Assembly (NCBI RefSeq): GCF_006345805.1
Contig: NC_042997.1
Span: forward strand, 52,142,001 to 52,206,000
Source: Octopus sinensis
Taxonomy: Eukaryota
DNA length: 64,000 bases
Direction of reading: 5' to 3'
Part shown: piece after piece, positions 37,847 to 50,009 of the stretch
Position numbering within the stretch: the stretch's first letter is position 1
Layout of the letters: each line of letters opens with the position of its first letter
Position numbers and translations under genes: made by a program
The notes under the pieces: generated by a model
What the model saw: the letters and a program-made list of their open reading frames with translations, nothing else
The model's database searches: none
What the model was told of the DNA's origin: nothing

Positions 37847-37963
37847 ATTGGTTGGTATTGGCGGAATTTGTCTCTTATTCTATCGCGCGCCAATATGCAA
37901 TCTAACCAATCGCAGCCTCCAGTCTGTTTTAAACTGCATTTGAGCCTACCGTTAGCTATAAAA
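37847..37963 (+). promoter_or_regulatory. Promoter-like motif cluster (4 CCAAT boxes, E2F-like sites, TATA)
   Basis: ATTGG at 37847 and 37857; CCAAT at 37890 and 37906; ttggcgg at 37858; gcgcgccaa at 37885; TATAAAA at 37957-37963. Confidence 0.45.
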
Positions 37964-38939
37964 ACTCACCTCTTCCTAGCCTTGAGGTCTGTTGGTTCTA
38001 GACCTTCTAGGGTCTAACCACTGACCACATTACAGTGACCTCCATCTTCGTCGCCACCATCATGTCTCTCACCAACGTCGTCAACAACATCTACACAGCA
38101 CCAACACACTGCACAGGTTCTAACATATCGCTGTTCGTGAGCTTCTCACCAAGGTTAAGAGCACACATACAAACCACGCAGATGCATGTAGATATATGAA
38201 TAAATGTCCACCAACCACTTCCATTTATCACTCAGCTTGCATGTGGCCGACATTAAAGACATTTAAAGTCACCACCTTGATCCATGTATTTCTTTATATC
38301 GTGTTCCTGTCAAATTACAGCCTTCATTCACATTAGATGGAATACAACCTATTCATCGATATATCTATTTAACTTCATCAATACATAATGTTTCGTTTTT
38401 TTTTTTCCATATTAGTGCATTCATTACTAATATGTAACGAAAGAATATTTTGGTTGGCTGACAGAAGAACAAACTTCTGTGTGAAGTCCAAATACAGAAA
38501 TACTGTGTTTGCAACGAACGATAGAAAAGAGATATTCGCACCAAGTGAATGTGTCACAGTAGCCGTAGAATTTCATAGCAAAGTGTGTGGTGGAAATTCT
38601 TGAAGTTGGCTTTAGCCGTGTCACGACCACCAATCAGTTACCAGATAAACGATCTATATATACCTCATGGTTTTCGAAAGAAAAGGCGCCAAAGACAAGA
38701 TCGTTAATGCAATTTCAATTTGTTGTTTATCCAAAAATGGTCGTTTACAATGACTGCTATTCTAACTAGTTAAACATCTGTTGGTTCTATTGTTTTTTGT
38801 TCCCTTTTTTCTTTTTCGTTGATGAATTAGCTATTGTGGGGAAACAAGTTCGTCAGCTGGAGGAGGTGTCCTCCTGGGGCTACAAACTACAGTAGCATCC
38901 ACCCTTAGGGGTTAGCCATATTTAAATGGCAAATATACG

Positions 38940-39268
38940 TCACTATATAATATAAAATCCGTTCTGTCTGTCTGTCTGTGTGTCTTCTGGGGTCTCGGGC
39001 ATCCTCTATCCGATTGCGCTCAAATTTGATATGTAGATACCGACGGTATCAGGGCGTGTATAAGTCTTGAAAAAATTACAAAAATCGATTCCAGGTGCGA
39101 ATGCGATCGATAGAGCCGTGGGAACGTGCATTTGTACGCGCAATACATCAGCTGTTGCGATCGATACTACGCGTACGCGAGAAAAATGCACGTGCAGTTT
39201 GCGCAAAAAATGCCGGCTGGCTTGAAATAATGCCACAAAATGCAGTATATTTAAGAGACCAAAAAAGT
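38940..39268 (+). mobile_element. Helitron-like 5' fragment
   Basis: TC..tataatataaaatccgttctgtctgtctgtc start typical of non-autonomous Helitrons; no 3' CTAG seen. Confidence 0.45.
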
Positions 39269-39289
39269 ATATATATATATATTCATTTC

Positions 39290-39860
39290 TGTTCATAACC
39301 ATCTCCACAAGTATAGGTGGTACAATTACCTCATTTCGAATATGCTCTTGTAATGATATCCCTGGCATGGATCTATCCATAGCCCTTTGCATCGTAGCCA
39401 ATCGATGTTCTCTCTTCGTAGTGGCTCGCATCTCACTTGCATATAAGAGCGGATGTAGGATGGTGCTATCGAAGAGACTAACACGTAGGCTTTTGTCCAT
39501 CTTTGCTTTAAGTACATCTTTTATTGGGCTAAATCCCTTCCCGTCCTGCCCTTATTCTCCTCGAGATTTCAGCAGCTGTATCTCGGCACATATTCACTGT
39601 GTTCCAAGTAAACAGTGTGTGCCCTTCAACCTCCCCGATTTCATCGGTTCCTACCTCTATTTGGCCCCGTGGCACGTTTTCGGACTGCATGTGTTTTGTT
39701 TTCGTTGAAGGTCTGTTGCTGAACTATAGGTGTCATGCTCTGTCAGCATGGTCTGCGGCTGACCTGTGGTTTCGGCGATGAGTATGATGTCATCTGCAAA
39801 TAGAAAGTGTGTATGTTCACGCCACCTGTCCAGACAATGTCTCTAATGACCATTTCTATG
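39290..39860 (-). mobile_element. Decayed RTE-clade RT fragment
   Basis: FADDIILIAETT and LFDSTILHPLLYASE...QRAMDRSMPGISLQEHIRNEVI. Confidence 0.75.
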
Positions 39861-39869
39861 TGTGGGTAT

Positions 39870-40445
39870 GTGGGTATATGTGCATATCTACGATGAAATT
39901 ATGACAATGCTGTGGTCACCAAGCAGTGTAAAATTTACAATGGAACTCGAGGCGATCCAGCGAAGCTACACAAGGAAGATCGATACATTGAGTTTGAAAG
40001 AATTAAGACTCTACTCTCTGGAGCGAAGGCAGGAAAGATACGCAGTAATACACATGTGAAAAACCCTAGAAAACCTTATGCTGAACTTTGGCATTGTCCC
40101 TTACAGGACGGGGCACTACTGCATGGTACCAAAGGTCCCAACATTGCCATCAGGATACAGGACCAGATACTGCAATAGCTTGGGTTTCAAAGGCTCAGCT
40201 CTTCAATGTCTTCCCACAAAGCCTGAGAGACTTGCATGGCATGGATGTTGGCTTTTTCAGAACAAAACCAGATCTCCTTCTGTCAAGAGTTCCGGATGAA
40301 TCTAAAAACACAGATGAGAATAGCAACGTCAAAGTACCTCATCTACCAAATGTCACATATCAGAGAGTTGAAGTGAAGCAAAGTAAACGGCAGTGCCCCA
40401 GCATGGCCACAGTCCTTGGATTGAAACTTAGAGAATATATTAAAA
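39870..40445 (+). mobile_element. CR1/L2-group LINE 3' end
   Basis: WSP...LEAIQRSYTRKI...LRLYSLERRQERY; ends in a tail shared with SINE family B. Confidence 0.7.
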
Positions 40446-40458
40446 AAGATTATATATA

Positions 40459-40499
<41 letters not shown>

Positions 40500-40524
40500 T
40501 TAATAAATAATTTATATATATATA

Positions 40525-41420
40525 CTAGCTTAAGGTGACCCGCTCTACGCGCGGGTAAGAGTGTGGCTGTTACTTTCTGTTGCTTCCATTCTGTTTTTTA
40601 TCACCACATTCTCCCTCTTTGTTTCTCTCTCCTTTCTTTCTCACTTTTTCACTGTCTTACTCTTCCTTTCTCTCGAACTCTCCTTCGCCTTCTCTTACTC
40701 TCTATCTTTCTCTATCTATCTGTCTCCCATTTATAAACAACAAAAGATTTTGTGTAAGTTGAGAAAGAAAGTAGTTTGAAAGATCAATCATAAATATCAG
40801 GCAGTGACAACGGAAAGGTCTGCTTCGAAGCAGACAGCAAAACACTAACATTTAAAAGGGACAGACGAACTTGCGAGCTGAAAAAATAAAATATTGGAAA
40901 CCAAAGTTTGAAGGGATAGAGTCTGGGTATAATAGAGTCACCGTGGCTGTTATTTCTTAACGACGGACAGCAACGTAGTGGCAGTTTAACGGCTGGCGTA
41001 AAATTTTGAACTTGATGTAAAAGAAAATTCCTAAACACCAAGTTTTGAAGTGATTCTTTCTCACGACAGTAGACTCACCATGGCAAGCATTCAAAACTTC
41101 ATCATGGACGGCAACACATTGACGATTTAAAGGCTGGCGCCAATTTTTTAGCTTGATGTAACAGAGAATTCCTAAACACCCGCTCCTGTAAATTTTAATT
41201 CCCTTCCATCCCCATTTAGACCCCTTTTTTCATTTTGGTTAATATAACCCGATTTCATTCGGGTCTACTCGGGCCACATTTTATAAGATGAGGAATTTTG
41301 TCCTAGAGGTCACGCCTTTCATTTGAGGAAAAAAATAGTTGCCATGCAAACTTGCCAGCACTTTTAACATAGGTGTGCATATTTTCAGCTCAACCGACCA
41401 CATAATGCACACATTATATA
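40525..41420 (-). mobile_element. Non-autonomous Helitron (second family)
   Basis: Minus-strand 3' end acccgcgcgtagagcgggt hairpin + caccttaagCTAG|t; 5' boundary approximate. Confidence 0.6.
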
Positions 41421-41699
41421 TATACATATATATAAGTACATATATAAGCATTATATATATATATATATCCTTAAATCCTTAAAAATCCTTTAAAATGTTT
41501 TAGCCCGAAGGCCGCGGCCATGCTGGGGCACTACCGCTATATATATGTATATATATATAGATTAATCAGCCGAAATTGCTAAGATGATCTGGTTCTTGAC
41601 TGATGACTGAGGGCTTCGAATGTCCCGTCCTGTGGTTCTTGTGTCGTCTCTGTGGTGTTTCATGTTCTTGTCCATGTCTGTAATTATTTTTACTGTTTA

Positions 41700-41773
<74 letters not shown>

Positions 41774-41774
<1 letters not shown>

Positions 41775-42157
41775 TAGCAGTATCGCCCGGCGTTGCTCGG
41801 GTTTGTTTCGACCCGCTGGAATTGGAATTTTTGAAAAGTAAAAATGTTGCATTATGTAGCTTGTTATTCTCTTCAAGTGAACATTTTCTGGTTGAAATAC
41901 ACCTAAAAGTGGCTACACACCAGTGAAAAAATCGTAAAAAATAGGGATTTTCATAGAAAAAAGCACCTTTTTGATGTAAATAATTTTTGGTTTTAACATG
42001 GTCCGATTTGAATTTTATCTTCTACGGAAGGAAGAGCAACCCTTCTATCGTACTCTCAATTTTGGTCAACTTGCGCCACAGGGTCTCGGAGAAGATAGTT
42101 TTAGTTGAAGGCTACCAAACCTGGCGCACACAGACTTCAGATTTATATAGAGAGAGA
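41774..42157 (-). mobile_element. Short non-autonomous Helitron
   Basis: a|TCtctctctatataaatctg...cccgagcaacgccgggcgatactgCTAG|t; same 3' end as the palindrome arms, different body. Confidence 0.85.
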
Positions 42158-42279
42158 TAACACACACACATTAATACACATACATACACACACACACACA
42201 CACATGTATGGATGTATGGATGTATGGATGTATATATGTACATCTGTCCACTTCTTGCCATATTTTTATCCTTCACTTC

Positions 42280-42317
<38 letters not shown>

Positions 42318-42929
42318 ACACACACACACACAGACACTCACACACGCACACACACACGCACACACACACACACACACACACACCTTCTTAGCTTACAATT
42401 TCTTTCTTTCAACAATTGACAACTGAAGTACGCTCGCAAATTAATAGTACGAAAACTTAGCGACAGAAAGTAAATTAAAAACCAATTTACCTTTTCTGTT
42501 AAGTTATCATAGCAATTCGACCGTCTGATTTCCTTAAATCCGTCTCTTTTCTTCAACTGAACTTAGTTTCTATCGTTTCTTAAAGTCCTTTGTGAAATCT
42601 AGGAGTGTTTTTTTTTGTTCTTTCTCGAGAAAGTTTTGTTTCCTCGACACTAAAAAGTAACGGGAAGTAGACAACAGTCCCAGTACAATTGGTGTAATAG
42701 TGTAACTCATAATGTGAGCGGCTAGCATCTACTCACCATATGTCAGTGAATGGTTGATGTGTGTTTGCAAATATGTTCGAATGAGAAAGTGAATTGTGTT
42801 TGGCGCCTTTTTTTACTAATAACAAAACACACGTGTGTGTGTGTGCTTGAGTGTTTGTATGTAGTTGTTTGAAACGTTTGTGCTTGTCACTGTCATATAT
42901 GTATATGTTTGCGTGTCTATGTGTGTAAA

Positions 42930-43453
42930 GAGAAAGTAGGAGAAAGTGTGGTAATAGAAGGAGTAAAGTATTTGAAGTGAGAAAGGGAAATCGTAAAATA
43001 TTGAGTTTTCTCGAATTTTTGCTAAATTGGGGGTCAAATTGAAAGAAATTTATATGCCATGACCCAATGGAATGTACTCCGAAAACTCATAGGTAAATTC
43101 CAATTGAAGAAATTGTGTGAGGAGTAAATCGTTATGTATTTATTTGTTTCTGTTTCCTCTGTATTTTTTTTTGAGTAGTGGTTTAAGGTACACTTGCAAA
43201 GAGAAAGTAGGAGAAAGTGTGGTAATAGAAGGAGTGAAGCACTTGAAATGAGAGAGGCAAATCGTAAAATATGTAGTTTTCTCGAATTTTTGCTTAATTG
43301 GGGGTCAAATTGAAAAAAATTTATATGCCATGACCCAATCGAATCTAATTCGAAAAATCATAGGTAAATTCCAATTGAAGAAATTCTATATTTTACAATT
43401 GTATTAAAAAGAAACATAGTCACAGGCAGAGAAAATCTGCCTTTTATGATAAG

Positions 43454-43454
<1 letters not shown>
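42930..43454 (-). mobile_element. Helitron 5' module with ~271-bp tandem duplication
   Basis: TCttatcataaaaggcagatttt 5' end homologous to 35207-35373; 42930-43114 repeated at 43201-43384. Confidence 0.65.
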
Positions 43455-43490
<36 letters not shown>

Positions 43491-44006
43491 ATATATACAG
43501 ATATATACACTTTGTATGTATACATTATATATACATATTTATATATAGAACACACATAAATTAACCCAATAAATATCTGATTCATAATATTTGTTCTCAT
43601 GATTGTGTGATTGTGGTGGCGATGATAGTTCTCCCTGTGAATGGAGACAGACGTAGAGAGAGAGAGAGAGAGTGTGACAGCGCTGGCGAAGGAGGCAGAG
43701 GAAAGATAGTAGAGGCTGTGAAACGACGTTATAGAAAGTGAAAGGAAGGGAGGAAAGAGAGAGAGATGGAGAAAGACAGGCAGATAAAAGAATAAGAGGA
43801 GACTTGTCAAAGTGTGCGTTTTTCGCCCTAGTAACAACACCTTTTCAGATAGGGATTTCTAACCTAGCCCACTCTCATCCTCACCTCATTTTACATGTCC
43901 CTGTAAATTCTGGAGTCAATCCAATGCCAAAACCAGACAAACTTTTCGCATTTCAGAATTATAATATAGAGATATATATACATATATGTTGTTGTTGTTG
44001 TTGTTA

Positions 44007-44051
<45 letters not shown>

Positions 44052-45523
44052 CGGAGTAAGCCGGTTATCCTGGGTTTCTTGCTCATAAGGGGTTTAACTT
44101 TACAGCGTATCTTCAGACCCCAAACACAGCTGACCTGAGACCATTAAAATATGGGAAGGGGAAGCCTCGTTTTTAAGGGTAAAACCCTAGGTTATCAACT
44201 CCCTTTGCTATTGTCCATCGTTCTCCGGCTGCGCTGCCATCTTACAGTCACCAAAACTCCACCGAAGGTAAACGATTGTCTCCCTTTGGCTTTGGCTATT
44301 GGTTTGCAGCTGTGGTGCCATCATACAGATTCCAAAAAACCAGCAGGAGTTTTCTAAGGTGCAGGCATGGTTCGAAAATCTCCATCCTGGAGTTCAGGAT
44401 GCCCCATGGCACAAGAAAGTCTTTAAGGATCCTCGTGCATCTGGCAATGCATAACTTGCACCATGTCATCCCATTCATGTAGGGCCTGGCTTCTCAAGTA
44501 TTTTCCATGTGATCAAGTATGGAATCTTCATTAGTGTACAGGGAAAACTTGGAAAAAATGTATTTATTGGCTAATCTGAGAGGAACACTTTTGACAAAAT
44601 CATTAAGAAGTTTCTCATGGTGGATAAAATGTTTGTGCTTACAGTTCAAAGATACAATGACTTAAGAGTAAGGACAGTACAGGGAGCTGGTTAAATGTGA
44701 GGTAGCATCTAGAAAGATAGCTTTGTTTATGTTGCTTTTTATGGTAATGGTAATAAGTAATATGTATTTCTTGAAGAAAAGAGGTAGACTTTTATCTAAT
44801 TCTGTCTGTCGTTTGAGAATTACTGATATTCAGAGGAAACAAAAAAGCAAAACTAAAATGCATAAATTCTCAATATGTTGGAACTTGGTTTTAATAGTGT
44901 GCAGTAAGATCACTCATTTTATCTGTATCATTAGTTGCTATTAGATTGAATAGAGTGTTTGGACACTTCTTGATTTTCATAAAATCATTCAAATTCATGG
45001 TAGTTTAACGTGCATATTGCATGTGTATTTTGAAGTTGGCAGTGTTGGAAACTGATTTTGAGAAACTAAGCATATTACTAAATAGAGGCTATTTGATCCT
45101 CAAATAGTAATCCTCTGTGTGTGTGTGTGTGCATGTGTATACAAGCATGGAAAAAGTGAGCATTAAAGGATCATGATGAAATATGTATGTATATATGTGT
45201 GTTTATTATATATATGTGTGTGTATATATATATATATCATCATCGTTTAACGTCCGCTTTCCATGCTAGCATGGGTTGGACAGTTCAACTGGGGTCTGGA
45301 AACCCAGGAGGCTGCACCAGGCCCAGTCTGATCTGGCAGTGTTTCTACAGCTGGATACCCTTCCTAATGCCAACCACTCCGTGAGTGTAGTGGGTGCTTT
45401 TTACGTGCCACCGGCATGGTGCCAGGTGAGGCTGGCAACGGCCAAGATTGGTTGGTGCTTTTTACATACATACATATATATATGTATGCATATACATATA
45501 TATGTAATATATGTATGTATGTA

Positions 45524-45638
<115 letters not shown>

Positions 45639-46051
45639 GTATATGTATGTATATATATATTTATTTAATAGAGTTGGAAAGAATCGTATTTGTTTCAGTA
45701 ATTAGTCTTAATTTAGTACTATTTAAAGTTAAATATCATGTTGCTTTAATAGTTTTTTCATTTTGTTTTTGCTTCTCTTTTCTTCTTTGCATTATCTTCC
45801 TTATTCTACTATTCCTTTCTAAATTACCAGAGTAGTCAGTAATATAACAGAGACAGAGTATAAATAATTGCTCTCAGTATAGTAACAATGGAGCACTTGT
45901 TTGTTATCTCTTTTTACCAGTCTTATTATAGCTACTATTTGTGGTTATTATTCTCCAAACAACACGCCTTTTTCTTTGGCATTAGTATTCTTAAAATCGA
46001 ATACTTGGCATAACATGTGGTATATTACTTCTTTAGCATTCCTACATATAT

Positions 46052-46172
<121 letters not shown>

Positions 46173-47714
46173 ATATATTTATATACACACACACACACAC
46201 ACATATGTGTATATAGATATATGTATGTATGTGTGTATACATGTATCTGAATATAAGCAGCAAGCAGCCTAAGTAAGGTTAACATTTCAACTTCAAGTGA
46301 TTACATATATATTTCACTTATGCTTTTACATCCAGATACCTTTTATACATTTAGCTAATCAGCTCTTAGGTTCTTAGCAGGCTGATAACAAATTATATTT
46401 TATTCTCTCTATAAATACAAAAGTATATTACACTTTTTCTAAGGAAACAAATACAATAAATGAACTTACTTCAATCAATGATAAAAACTAGATCATAGCT
46501 TTCATTTGTAGAGTCCACTGAAAGGGGGGAAAAAAGGGGTAAAAATGGTTTATTCTGATAATGTTCATTTCTTACAATAGCACCAAGTTAAAAAAATTAT
46601 TGGGGAAGAGTAGAGAAAATTGAATTGACTTTATGTAAACCACTAACACTTATTTTCTTAAAATCTGGAGTTATAAAAATACAAGCTGACCGTGGTAGAT
46701 TTTGAACCTAGAATACCAAAATATTTCAGGTTAAATACCAGAGGTATTTAACCTGAAAGTTCATTGCCTTTAGCCCAAATGATAACAACAAAAAGTATAA
46801 TAAAAATATTTCACAAAATATCAGGTGATGTAAAACTTGATATACTACTAATTCAAGAACACAATTCAATAGATATAATAAATCACTGTGTCAAAATTTA
46901 AACATATGATACTAATAGGTTTAATGCTTTCATTGTTGAATATTTATCGAAATCTTTTATAAAGATTATTACTCTATGATATGGTTTAGAAATACATGAA
47001 ACTTTTGTAATGCTGTGACTGTTGAAAAGTCTACCTAATGATTTTACAGACCAATTTAATTCCCCCCAGACTACTACTAATGCCTTTTAATCCATTACCA
47101 GAATACCTCAACATTGCTGAAGTATTCTGCAGAAGGATTAAAAGGGATCTTGACTTTATTGGCTCCAGTAATTGAGCCAATAAACACAACAAGCATTTTT
47201 GTATAATTGGTCTAAAATAATCATCATCATCATTTAACGTCCATCTTCCATGCTAGTGTGGGTGGGACAATTCCATAAGAGCCAGTCAGACCAAAGCCTG
47301 CACCAGATTTCTGTGGCTGTTTTGGCAGGATTTTTACAGCTGGATGCCTTTTGCCCCAACTTTCTCTCACTCTTTCTTCCTGTTTCTTGATTAACGCTGT
47401 GATGGACTGGCATCCTGTCCAGCCGGGGGAAACACATACGCCATAGAAACCGGGAAACTGGGCCCATGAGCCTGACTAGGCTTGAAAAGGGCGCATATAA
47501 ATAAATAAAAAATACTGTTAAGTGGTTGACATTAAGAAGGGCATCCAATTGTAGAAACCATTCCGCAACCGATAGTTAGACTCTGTACAGCTCCCTGACA
47601 ACCAGCTCCATGTGAAACCATCCAACCCAGCATAGAGAGCAAACGTTAAACAATGATGATTGGAAATTTTTTTTTATCTCACAACAATTGTTTCATAACT
47701 GAAAACATTCTTTA

Positions 47715-48112
47715 TTCTTTTATTCTTTTCTTTTATTTGTTTCAGTCATTTGACTGTGGCCATGCTGGAGCACCACATTTTTTTAGTTGAACAAATTGAC
47801 CCCTTGATTTATTCTTTGTAAGCCTAGTACTTATTCTATTGGTCTCTTTTGCCAAACCACTAAGTTATGGGGAAGTAAACACACCAACATTGGTTCTCAA
47901 GCGATGGTGGGGGGACAAACACAGACACACAAACAGATACACGCACACACACACATATATATACGATGGGCTTCTTTCAGTTTCTGTCTACCAAATCCAC
48001 TCACAAGGTTTTGGTCGGCCCAAGGCTATAGTAAAAGACACTTGCCCAAGGTGCAGCACAGTGGGACTGAACCTAGAAACATGTGGTTGGTAAACAAGCC
48101 ACTCCTACACCT
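47715..48112 (-). mobile_element. SINE family B, antisense copy
   Basis: Reverse complement of the 7195 and 11656 copies. Confidence 0.85.
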
Positions 48113-48451
48113 ACGCAAAGATAATTTATTTTATATTTTATAAGTAAATTACTTATATGTCTGTATTAATATAAACAATTTTTTAAACCAATACGGATAT
48201 TAAACCTGCTCATCGGGTGAGAGAAAAGAATCCATGTTACACTCTTTATTATTTTCTCTTTTATTGTATTATATATTCTATATGTTTTGTAGAACGATAC
48301 ATTAAGGAGCTTTTTTATAAGTACCACTGGATTAGTTGAATAAATATATTATAAATTAAATAGATATATATATATACTTATAAATATATATGTGCATATA
48401 TGTGTGTGTGCATTTGTGTATAGAGTGTTAGGTGTGGTGTACAGATATTGA

Positions 48452-48762
48452 ATATTGAGAAGAAAGGTCGCCAGATTTTTGGAAAAAATTTTATTTATTT
48501 ATTCATTATTATTATTATTAGCGCTTTCGTTCATTTCCCAAACTTGTCAAAATGCTTTTTATGTGACCCTGGCACCTGAAAGAACAAGTCTGCATGTGTG
48601 GAAGACAGTGGTTTTACTTAACTTGACGTGTCTTATCAAGTACAGCAAATCTCCACATCTCAAATTCCATTTGACAAGTCCGAGAAACAAATGAAAGCAC
48701 ATATAATAATGAATAAGTAAAAAGATTTTTTCCAAAATTCTAGCAACTTTTTTTCTCAATAT
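48452..48762. mobile_element. ~310-bp MITE-like element with ~100-bp imperfect TIRs
   Basis: atattgagaagaaaggtcgccagatttttggaaaaaa mirrored by ttttttccaaaattctagcaactttttttctcaatat. Confidence 0.65.
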
Positions 48763-48785
48763 ATATATATATATACATATATAAG

Positions 48786-49262
48786 GGAAATCGAAGTCGA
48801 AATCAAACTCGGTGACTGGCATCCATTGCTAGTGGAGCGCTAAGAATACCATATGAGTGAGATCGTTGCCTGAGCAACAAACTGGCCTTCGTGCTGGTGG
48901 CACATTAAGCACACCATTCGAACATGATCGTTACCGTGTTGCCTAACTAGCACTTGTGCTGGTGGCACGCGAAACATTCGAGCAAGGACATCGCCAGTGC
49001 TGCTGGACTGGCTCCTGTGCAGGTGGCACATAAAAAGCATCGTTTGGACGTGGCCATTGCCAGTACCGCCTGACTGGCCCTCGTGCCGGTGGCATGTGAA
49101 AGCACCCACTACACTCTCAGAGTGGTTGGCGCTAGGAAGAACATCCAGCTGTAGAAACTGCCAGATCAGATTGGAGTCTGGTTTGCCAGACCTCAGTCAA
49201 ATCATCCAACCCATGCTAGCATGGAAAGTGGACGTTAAATGATGATGATGATGATGATGATG
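48786..49262 (+). mobile_element. Family C element with internal tandem subrepeats
   Basis: (aaatcg)n-like head, about five gtggcac units, shared 3' end and (GAT)n tail. Confidence 0.8.
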
Positions 49263-49335
49263 ATATATGTATGTATGTATATATATATATATGTATGTAT
49301 GTATGTATGTATGGATGAATGTATATATATATATA

Positions 49336-49371
<36 letters not shown>

Positions 49372-49373
49372 TG

Positions 49374-49406
<33 letters not shown>

Positions 49407-49421
49407 ATATATATATGTACG

Positions 49422-49503
<82 letters not shown>

Positions 49504-50009
49504 TATATGAACATGCAATATATCAAGATTCACTTAAATAAGTACTCAAAGGTAGGCACTGGGTTAGGTTAGAATAAAATGCATACACAGTAATTATAAG
49601 TAATTATAGACAAATACAAGCATCAGTACAGAAGTTCTGGTAGAAATATATTCAAGTTATGTATGTAATTAATTGAACCCAACAAAGTAAATCATCAGCT
49701 CTTGAGCTATTCAGAAACTCATTTTATTAAATATACAGTCTATTATATACTTCAGAACATGAGTAGGGCAGGTTACAAGATAGGTGAATTATAAATAAAT
49801 AAGTAACAAATGATGAAAGTGTGTCAATTCATTATAACCGTTTCTCATTATAACTGTTTCTCAGATGATTACATGAGTTTTACAATCAAGGACATTTAAA
49901 GGATTTTTAAATCCACAACACATACATATTTTGTGATTCCACAATCAATGCTAACCAAAGATTCTATGGCAAGTGTCAATCATGGAATTACCAAATATGT
50001 TTTTTCATT

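Noticed and set aside
44050-44520. GC-richer segment with a YY1-like gccatctt motif and aaccctag, considered as a promoter or telomerase RNA
   Set aside because: No full TTAGGG template, no usable ORF or exon; on the minus strand it ends in a (TAA)n tail, more like a decayed retroelement
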